A model generated the notes under the pieces. The model was not told the DNA's origin. It saw nothing but the letters and a program-made list of their open reading frames with translations, and ran no database searches. From assembly GCA_003166335.1 (NCBI GenBank), contig PMWA01000017.1:286-11899 (forward strand): DNA of 11,614 nt, read 5' to 3'. The translations under genes were made by a program, and so were the position numbers. Numbering within the stretch: position 1 is the stretch's first letter; the number at the start of each line of letters is the position of its first letter. This DNA is from Methanobacterium sp. GTDB taxonomy: Archaea; Methanobacteriota; Methanobacteria; Methanobacteriales; Methanobacteriaceae. Shown piece by piece: positions 1-7,402 of the stretch.

Positions 1-128
1 GCGGTTTCTAGTTCATCTTGGGTAATGGCGAAGCTTTTTAATATACCATTTATGTCAGTGAACCATAACCGGATAAATTCTACGTCATTTTCTTGTACTT
101 GTTCTATTATTTCATCCTTGCTTGGCAT
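1..128 (-). CDS. glnA: Glutamine synthetase type I, N-terminal part (runs off the window's left edge)
   Basis: Manual translation from ATG at 128: MPSKDEIIEQVQENDVEFIRLWFTDINGILKSFAITQDELET..., matching the GS-I N-terminal pattern (V.F.rl.FtD..G..K). GGAG RBS just upstream (ctcc at 138-141 on +). Confidence 0.93.
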   Translation of the reverse strand, partial: MPSKDEIIEQVQENDVEFIRLWFTDINGILKSFAITQDELET

Positions 129-178
129 TTTCTTTAACTCCTAAATTAATTCATAGAATATTATAGCTAATTTATACC

Positions 179-192
179 GGAAAGAAGTTTCC
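179..192. promoter_or_regulatory. NrpR-type nitrogen operator GGAA-N6-TTCC
   Basis: GGAA-AGAAGT-TTCC exactly fits the euryarchaeal NrpR operator and lies between the TATA box and the glnA start. Confidence 0.85.
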
Positions 193-201
193 TTTTAATT
201 A

Positions 202-218
202 TATATAAATGTTTTGAA
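202..218 (-). promoter_or_regulatory. glnA TATA box with possible BRE
   Basis: Minus-strand TTTATATA (202-209) preceded by A-rich CAAAAC, about 10 bp upstream of the operator. Confidence 0.65.
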
Positions 219-399
219 ATAGTTCTTAATTAATTATAATATGGATAGAAAATAATTCTAAGAGAATTTTTTGGAATCTAAACTTAGATCTCATTTACTA
301 ATCCTGTTTTTAGCCTTTATCTATTGAATTAATAAATAAAATAATATTAAAATAATTTTCATTTTAAATGTTAAAATCAAAAGATATTTTACACAAAAA

Positions 400-430
400 A
401 TGAACTAAGTTACACTTGAAGTGTATGTCT
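400..430. repeat. 31-bp direct repeat, copy 1 (contains palindrome TACACTT-G-AAGTGTA)
   Basis: ATGAACTAAGTTACACTTGAAGTGTATGTCT is identical to 1209-1239. Confidence 0.95.
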
Positions 431-1208
431 CAATAATATTCAAATTATTTTTTATCTACAATTAGCAAAATTTACAGGTTGATCATTCTACAGATTTACC
501 TCCGAGTTCAATGAAACGAGGGGATAAGGGGATGAAGTTCTGTTGATCTGTATTTAGATAAAAACGAAAAAAGTTCGGGAATTATGAGTATCTCGTTTGG
601 TTTCACGAAAATGTATTTGTAAAGGAAGGTGGAAAAATAGATTTACCTTGTATTTTATAATAGTCCATCGGTATGTATATCATTGATTCAGAATTTTATC
701 CGATTAGGAGCGATTTATAGACATTTAAACGATTTTATTAGGAAGGTTAATATTACTAAAGAAATTTACTGTTGTATCGGTGAAAAGATGGATTCTTATC
801 TAAAATTATGAATTCTGATAGGTAGCTCTATATAGTGATAGCAAAACTATTGATTTTTATCTAATTTTTTCTGATTATTTTCCATCATTTGTTTATTCAT
901 TATCTATCTTGGAAAATTTGACGTTTTATTTATTGATTTTCCTGCTTTATTTGAGGTAATTAATTTAATTTTACACTCCATTTTTATTGTAAAATTTTGA
1001 TGAAGAACCTGAATCATTTATTTTATTTCTATGATATTTAGATATTGATTTAAAAAAGTAGTGAGTATTTTTTATAGGTTAGTGTATTCTTGTTTTTGAT
1101 TTATTAATTCAATTTAAAGCTGAATTTTATTTTGTGAGGATTTTGAATAGATTTGTTATGTATAATTCAATTTTTTTTTAAGTATAATATCCAAGATATA
1201 CACATAAC

Positions 1209-1239
1209 ATGAACTAAGTTACACTTGAAGTGTATGTCT
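1209..1239. repeat. 31-bp direct repeat, copy 2
   Basis: Identical to 400-430; weaker similarity extends into both flanks (AAGATAT..CACA upstream, AATAAT downstream). Confidence 0.95.
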
Positions 1240-1281
1240 AAATAATGTTTTGAAATAATTTTTTTTATAAAAAAATGAAAC

Positions 1282-1306
1282 TTTTATATCAAAATTTGAT
1301 ATAAAA
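1282..1306. promoter_or_regulatory. Perfect 12-1-12 palindrome overlapping a TATA-like box; putative operator
   Basis: TTTTATATCAAA-A-TTTGATATAAAA; the left arm contains TTTTATAT preceded by GAAAC; about 40 bp upstream of the ORF at 1348. Confidence 0.55.
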
Positions 1307-1347
1307 TAATTTATGTTTATACAAATAGTTACTTAGGGGGAATTAAT

Positions 1348-1533
1348 ATTATTAAAACAATAGTTCAGGGATTAAAATCATACTTTACCGACAAGAAGAA
1401 TAGGATAGTACATGCTGTAATGGGTATTTCACTACTAATTGGATCTGTATTTGATTCAATAAATCCTTATCTACGTATAAGCCTATATGCAAGTGCAGTA
1501 GGTTTTAATCTGATAAGAATGAGGTATTTTTAA
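1348..1533 (+). CDS. Small hypothetical membrane protein (61 aa) with non-canonical ATT at the expected start
   Basis: Frame reads IIKTIVQGLKSYFTDKKNRIVHAVMGISLLIGSVFDSINPYLRISLYASAVGFNLIRMRYF*. Two hydrophobic segments; AGGGGG RBS-like motif at 1335-1340; no in-frame ATG/GTG/TTG back to TGA at 1297. Confidence 0.55.
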   Translation: MIKTIVQGLKSYFTDKKNRIVHAVMGISLLIGSVFDSINPYLRISLYASAVGFNLIRMRYF

Positions 1534-1569
1534 AGAATAAAAAAATCCTTAAAAAAATTTGGCAAAAGT

Positions 1570-2609
1570 TTAAACACTCTGGTAGAGAGTGTTACGTTCT
1601 GAAGGTGTGCGTCTATGGCGGTTATAACTTTACACATATCTTCAAAGGTAAATGTTCACCATAAGATGCTCCTGCTGCTATGGATATCTTGTCTTCCATC
1701 ATGGTACCACCCAGATCATTGGCTCCGCAACACAAAGCCATCTGAGCCATTCTGATCCCTAACTTTATCCAGGAGGCTGGATATTTGGTATTTCCGTACC
1801 AAAGATTATTCTAGAAATTGCGTGCATTTTTAAGTCATCCAAGCAACTGGAACCTTTCAATTCCGTGCCTAAAATGTTATTTTGATTTAGAAAGGTCATA
1901 GGAACCAATTCTGTGAATCCATGGGTTTCACGCTGTATATCACGCAGTATTAAAAGATGATTAATACGATCTTCCCACGTTTCTACAGTGCCGTATATTA
2001 TGGTTGATGTAGTGGGAATGCCCATTTTATGGGCTTCTTCTATGATATTCACCCATTCAGCTGTAGAAACTTTATTAGGACATATTTTGGCTCTGACTGA
2101 ATCCACGAGTATTTCTGCCGATGCACCAGTCATAGTGTCCAGTCCCGCTTTTTTAAAAGCACTTAAAGTTTCTTTAATGGTCATTTCTGATGTTTTTGCT
2201 GCATGGAAAACTTCCACGGGGATAATCCATGAAGGTCAATATTATAATTCGTTTTGATGGTACTGATGAGGTTACAATAATATTCAACGGTCATTTCAGG
2301 TGTTACGCCACCAAATAAGCATATTTCAGTAGCTCCAAAATTAATTGCTTCTTCGATGTCCTGCAATATTTCTTCTGTTGTCATTTGATATCCGATGCTA
2401 TCTCTGAAGGAGCAAAAGCCACATTTAATCATGCAACGATCGGTGATATCTATATTTATGTTAACGACAAAAGTGACTTCGTTTCCCACGATCTCCTCAC
2501 GGAGTTGGTTGGCTAAATTGAATAAATCAAATGGATTAGAATTCACCAGTTTTAAAGCGTCTACTTGGGTGATGTTCCCTAAAATAGAGCATTCATAAAT
2601 GTCTTCCAT
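1570..2609 (-). pseudogene. cofH: CofH-family radical SAM protein (FO synthase subunit CofH-like), interrupted by four frameshifts
   Basis: CxxxCxxC (CMIKCGFC), VTFVVNINI, GASAEILVDSVR, PTTSTIIYG, GFTELVPM; the C-terminus continues in other frames as (A)[26 protein letters not shown] and RTPSERNTLY to TAA at 1570-1572. Restoring four bases gives 347 aa. Confidence 0.85.
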
Positions 2610-2770
2610 ATTAAACTTCCCTGATATCTATATTAAAAAATTATTGACAATACTTCCTTTAAAGAGATGGGTTTATTATGAATTTATAAATTAATTTTTT
2701 TATTTAGTTTTAAAAGAGTGTTAAATTATTTTTGAATTATCATTTATGATTAAAAAAAATAGTTTTGAAG

Positions 2771-2884
<114 letters not shown>

Positions 2885-2910
2885 GCTTATATGACATCAG
2901 ATTCTTATCT

Positions 2911-2924
2911 AACTTAAAGCTTTC
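2911..2924 (-). promoter_or_regulatory. Putative BRE/TATA for the tRNA
   Basis: Minus strand GAAAGC-TTTAAGTT about 30 bp upstream of the mature tRNA 5' end. Confidence 0.5.
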
Positions 2925-3666
2925 TATATTTTATAGTAGAAAAAGAAATATTAATATTATTTTGGGTTTTTAATCTTTATAAGTTTATGATCGAAATACA
3001 CTATTTTTGTTACCGCATTAAATGACAACCAGAGCATTAGGCGGGGATAGGACCTATTTTTTTTTATTTTAGGATCTTTAAAATGAAAAGAGAAATTAAT
3101 ATTATTGATGAAAAATCCTATAGAAAAAAAATTTTAATAAAGTTGATTTATGAAGTCTTAAAAACTTAAATCACATCTAATAATCCTTATTTAGATCTGT
3201 TTACAGTTCCTTAACGTCACCTTAGCATTAATATTTACTTGAATATATTTTTAATAAAAGTATTACTGGATACCATCTAAAAAATAAATAAAAATATTAG
3301 AAAAATAATACTTATAAAAGTTTTCTTAAGTAAAAAAATTAGATTGGTCAAAAAAAGGTCAAGAAATGGTAAAGTTTTTTACTAAAATAGATATTTGAGG
3401 ATTTAAATAAAAAAACCTAAAAAATAGTAAATATAACCTTCATGAAATCTAGATATGATTTAGAAAGCCTTTTAGATTTGAAAAATTTGTTTTAGAAGGC
3501 TTATTTTATCAAATGATAAAAAAATAATTTCTTGACTAGAGCCTTTAATTTTATAAATAACAATTCCTAAAAAATATATTATAAAGCTATTCGGTAGCTA
3601 TGTGGGAATGGAACGTGTAACTAATAATAAATGAATAAATTTTTTCAAAAATTTAGGTGAAAATTT

Positions 3667-4506
3667 ATGTCGAACGAAGATGAACATGTCATTGAAGCAC
3701 TCGGTAAAACTCGGGTAATTATTAGAAACGGGATAGTAGTGGAAGTTGGTGAGCCAAAAATAGATTATTGCCCCATATTTGATAAATACCGTGGAATTAA
3801 AAAACTTACTCGTGAAAATGTAAAAGAGAATATTGAATTTCGTATAAAAGATTTTGGAATGTGCACTGAAAACAGAACCTTAAGAATGCGTGATTTCCTA
3901 TCTTTCGGAGTTTCAGAAACATTAAGCACATTATTAGAGGATGAACTTATTGATTGTGCGGTTACAGTCAGTGAAGGTTGTGGAACAGTTATCGTGACGG
4001 ATTCAGAAGTTATGCAGGGTGTAGGGGGTAGAGTATCGGGTTTACTTAGCACTACTCCTATTTTAACTCTAATAGAATTTTTGGGAGAGGAAAATGTTCT
4101 TGATCCGGAAAACGCTGGGATAAACCAGATTCAAGGGGTTTTAAAGGCAATTGATATGGGTTATAAAAGGATAGCAGTTACTGTAGTTTCAGCAGATGAT
4201 GTGAAGAGAATTAGAGAAATTGAAAAGCAGTATGAGGATGTTAGAGTTTACATATTTGTGGCGCATGTTAGTGAGGTTTCTGAGGAAGATGCTGAGATTA
4301 TTTTGGAGTATGCAGATGTTGTAACGGGCTGTGCATCTAAATACATTCGGGATATGGCTGTAAATCGAGGTTTCTTTAAAGCTGGTGATTGTATACCTAT
4401 ATTTGGAATATCTGAAGATGGAAAAAAGTTTCTTAAGAGAAGAATAGATAAGATTGGTGGTTTGAAGGAGAAGGAGGATGCTAAGATACCTAAACCATTA
4501 ATTTAA
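3667..4506 (+). CDS. Methanogenesis marker protein 8 (DUF2099 family)
   Basis: 279 aa with DEHVIEALGKTRV, YCP, EFRIKDFGMCT, FLSFGVSE, EGCGTV, QGVGGRVSGL and TGCASK motifs; AGGTGA RBS. Confidence 0.85.
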   Translation: MSNEDEHVIEALGKTRVIIRNGIVVEVGEPKIDYCPIFDKYRGIKKLTRENVKENIEFRIKDFGMCTENRTLRMRDFLSFGVSETLSTLLEDELIDCAVTVSEGCGTVIVTDSEVMQGVGGRVSGLLSTTPILTLIEFLGEENVLDPENAGINQIQGVLKAIDMGYKRIAVTVVSADDVKRIREIEKQYEDVRVYIFVAHVSEVSEEDAEIILEYADVVTGCASKYIRDMAVNRGFFKAGDCIPIFGISEDGKKFLKRRIDKIGGLKEKEDAKIPKPLI

Positions 4507-4533
4507 AAAACTAATAAATTAATATATTTTTTT

Positions 4534-4914
4534 TTAATCTAAACCGGCGAGTGCCCGTATGAGGGTGCTTTGAGTTACGAGTCCTACTAAATTTCCTTTT
4601 TTTGCAACGGGAATTCTTTGATAACCTTTGTCTGCCATTATTTTTGTAATTTCCATTATAGGAGTGTCCACGTCTGCAATTACCAAGTCTTTGGTCATTA
4701 GATCTTCTACTTTAAGTCCTAATGCTTCACCTCCGGCAAGTAATATATCGCGATGTGTAACAATACCAACCAGTCTTTTGGAATCATTAACTACTGGAAG
4801 TCCTCCGACATTACATCGCACCATTTTGAGTTTGGCTGCTGCAATTAAATCGGTTGGTGAAGTTACATGAACTTTCTTGATCATAATATCTTGGGCAGTT
4901 AAATCTTTTATCAT
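4534..4914 (-). CDS. Stand-alone CBS-pair domain protein
   Basis: 126 aa with two CBS repeats (GGLPVV..LVGIVTHRDI; QRIPV..LVGLVTQSTLI); converges on marker 8 across A/T tracts. Confidence 0.9.
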   Translation of the reverse strand: MIKDLTAQDIMIKKVHVTSPTDLIAAAKLKMVRCNVGGLPVVNDSKRLVGIVTHRDILLAGGEALGLKVEDLMTKDLVIADVDTPIMEITKIMADKGYQRIPVAKKGNLVGLVTQSTLIRALAGLD

Positions 4915-5570
4915 GATTATTAATTTTTATTTTTGAATAATAAAAATTATCCCTCTTATTCTTTAAGTGAAATTTTCAATTAAATAAATCTAAACAACAG
5001 TTCCTTATGAGTTGAAATATCTAAATTCGATTATTCTATATTTAAAAAATGTTTTTATAAATATATGGTACTAATAATAAGTTTTAAACTATATTTAAAT
5101 CTTTAATAGTCTAAATAAATCTTTAAATTTAGAAAACAAAATTTAAGTAAATCTGTTCCGGGTAATATTTGGCCTGTGAGGATTGAAACAGGTATGTATG
5201 AAATGCGTACCACTGAAGGTTATTTTTTCTTGATGAGTAGAATTGATTTCCATTACAAAGGCCGCTGGATTCCACCAGAGAACATTTAATTCAAACACTG
5301 TTCATGATCCTGTTGATAATTCAGATTATGATGAGTATGCACAGCATGCTAATCTTTTTTATAGTCCATTTCTAAACTTTTTTTTAATTATTATATGCAT
5401 ATAATTAGTTAATTCAAAAATTACTTATTGTAAATAAGTCATATATTATACTGTAGTTTACACCATATGTGGTGATTATGGTATAACCACCTGTAAACCT
5501 CATTGTTAAATAAATCCACTAATTTTTTGTCTTAAAATTTGTAGGATTAATTAATTAGGAGGTGAAATGT

Positions 5571-5813
5571 ATGGTATCTGTACCAAAAAATGAGAAAACT
5601 ATGATTCAATGTATTTGTAACGCCTGTCCTTCTTACAATGAATGTATGAGAGGTGAAGTGTTAGGTGTCTTCTGTTCTTTAGGAGATGCAGGATCATGTG
5701 TTCAAAATATTGAAACTTGTAATTGCCAAGAATGTTCTATTTCGTCAGAATTTAATTTTTCTAGCGAAAAACATTGCGAAATAGGATCCGCCGAATCACA
5801 AGCAAATAAATAA
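5571..5813 (+). CDS. Small Cys-rich protein, DUF2769-like (80 aa)
   Basis: AGGAGGTG RBS at 5557-5564 favours ATG 5571 over GTG 5562; CICxxCPSY..C..FC..G..C..CxCxxC..C pattern. Confidence 0.75.
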   Translation: MVSVPKNEKTMIQCICNACPSYNECMRGEVLGVFCSLGDAGSCVQNIETCNCQECSISSEFNFSSEKHCEIGSAESQANK

Positions 5814-5815
5814 TT

Positions 5816-5837
5816 ATTTATTTTTTCTTTTTTTTTA
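5816..5837 (+). terminator. Oligo-T archaeal terminator
   Basis: Long T tracts immediately after the stop codon at 5813. Confidence 0.55.
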
Positions 5838-6017
5838 TAATAATTGAAACTGCAAGCATAATATTTCTTGAAGTTTAAAACTGTTCTTCCTGTTTAGGAT
5901 GAAACTGTACTCAATCAACTGATTACACTTTCTATATGAACTTCATTAAACAATGCGAAGATGAAGTTGAAAATATTGTTCAAATCAACAATATTGTTAT
6001 AACAACAATTCTAGTAT

Positions 6018-6040
6018 TAAAAAAATAGAAAAAAAGAAAA
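6018..6040 (-). terminator. Oligo-T terminator of the histone gene
   Basis: A tracts on + (T tracts on -) immediately after the histone stop codon. Confidence 0.55.
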
Positions 6041-6045
6041 GATTT

Positions 6046-6255
6046 TTAAGCCATTTCTTTAAGGGCTAGTTCAATGTCGGATGCGTGAACAGTTACTCTT
6101 CCTGCATGTTTTGCGAGTGCAACTGCTTGAATAGCGACTTTTTCACCCCATTGTTCTAATTCTTTTCCTAAAGCTTCTTCTGAACCAGCACTTACTCTTT
6201 GTGCGCCGGCATTTTTTATTAATCTTCCTATTGGAGCTATTGGTAATTCAGCCAT
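6046..6255 (-). CDS. Archaeal histone, HMfA/HMfB family (divergent paralog)
   Basis: MAELPIAPIGRLIKNAGAQRVS...LAKHAGRVTVHASDIELA aligns ungapped to the HMf histone fold; TTTAAATA box at 6290-6297 on the minus strand. Confidence 0.95.
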   Translation of the reverse strand: MAELPIAPIGRLIKNAGAQRVSAGSEEALGKELEQWGEKVAIQAVALAKHAGRVTVHASDIELALKEMA

Positions 6256-6451
6256 ATTTTATCCCTAATCATAATTTTATGTATGACTATATTTAAATAT
6301 ACCGAATTTTAAACTGTTTTTCCTTACATTAACCTTATCCTAATCCTTAAAATTCCATTTTACCAATTTTTTTATTTTTATAATCTCGTAATTTTTATTT
6401 TCTTAAAATTTTTTTATTAAAAAACTATTTTTTTAGGAGGTAAAGAATCGC

Positions 6452-6790
6452 ATGAATGATATAACTCAAGCACAACTTGAGGAAGTTGTAACCTATTATG
6501 TGAATGAAAATGACAAGCCCACTGCTAGAAATTACATAGAAAGTTGGGGACCCCGGATTCCAGGATATAACATTATAGCTGGATTACAGCAATTAGCAGC
6601 AACACAACCCACTACAACTACTTCTGAAAATAATCCAGTTACACCAGTAACCCCTCAGAATGAAAATAAACCAATAGAAACAGGAACACCAGCACAGGCT
6701 ACAACTCAACCTGCTGAAATAATTACGGCTATAAATGCGGTTTCAATTTGGATAAGAAGAATAATTATATTATCTGTATTATCTGTATAA
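6452..6790 (+). CDS. Hypothetical protein with a Thr/Pro/Gln-rich linker, possibly 3'-truncated
   Basis: AGGAGGT RBS upstream; 112 aa; ordered N-terminal ~50 aa, low-complexity linker, hydrophobic tail. Confidence 0.6.
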   Translation: MNDITQAQLEEVVTYYVNENDKPTARNYIESWGPRIPGYNIIAGLQQLAATQPTTTTSENNPVTPVTPQNENKPIETGTPAQATTQPAEIITAINAVSIWIRRIIILSVLSV

Positions 6791-7041
6791 ATGGGCACTA
6801 AATAATGAATTAAAATAAATGGAACACTAAAAATATCGTAAGCTATTAATAAAAAAAGAATTAGTTTCTAATTATTTTTAAATAAATTCTTGAGCAGATT
6901 TAACAAAATTCAACACCCTACATTTTGAATTCATTTATATAATTAGTTATAATTAAATAGACCTAAATATTACATGATTATATATAATACATACTTTACT
7001 ATTCTTAATTTTTTATGGTAATTTTCTGAGTTTTTTAGGAA

Positions 7042-7064
7042 TATCACCCCAAAATCTAAGTAAA
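7042..7064. repeat. 23-bp dispersed direct repeat, copy 1
   Basis: TATCACCCCAAAATCTAAGTAAA is identical to 10643-10665. Confidence 0.9.
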
Positions 7065-7402
7065 TCATTGGAGCAGTCCTATCCTGATACATATCCTTAC
7101 AGTGTGCAGTTTGAAGGCTTTGATATAAAGGTTGAGAATCTACCCGTTAGGCAGCAGGAAAGTCCCTTGCCTCAAGCGGCCTCAAACACTGATAGCTCTG
7201 TGGATGGAGCTGAGATATACCTGCAGCATCATGGCTAATTAATATATCCTATGTTGGCTCAGTATATGATTAGAGATGGTTTACAATGTCTTAATCTATA
7301 ATAAAAAGAAATTTATTTTGCAAAAAATTATTAGATCTGGATTATATAAAAGTAGGTGATAGAATATTTTGACCTTTTTTGATTATGATGTGGACGATAT
7401 AA

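Noticed and set aside
400..1239. Replication origin suggested by mini-ORB-like 13-mers in AT-rich DNA
   Set aside because: Only two copies, both inside a palindrome, and no cdc6/orc1 gene in the window; kept only as an alternative hypothesis.
1570..2221. Programmed frameshifting in the cofH-like gene
   Set aside because: Four separate shifts would be needed and none sits at a recognisable slippery heptamer.
1988..2598. Plus-strand ORFs 1988-2257 and 2395-2598
   Set aside because: Antisense shadows of the cofH-like gene.
3459..3548. Loose TAGA..GC(C)TT motifs upstream of marker 8
   Set aside because: Short, degenerate and irregularly spaced in very AT-rich DNA.
3765..4870. ORFs 3765-4052 (-) and 4628-4870 (+)
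   Set aside because: Antisense shadows of marker 8 and the CBS gene.
5155..5189. 35-nt GTT...GGATTGAAAC resembling a single CRISPR repeat
   Set aside because: No second copy at spacer distance, no cas genes, and it lies within a coding-like frame.
7153..7166. AGGAAAGTCC resembling the RNase P RNA P4 5' motif
   Set aside because: No matching 3' P4 strand or closing P1 helix, and too little GC-rich structure.
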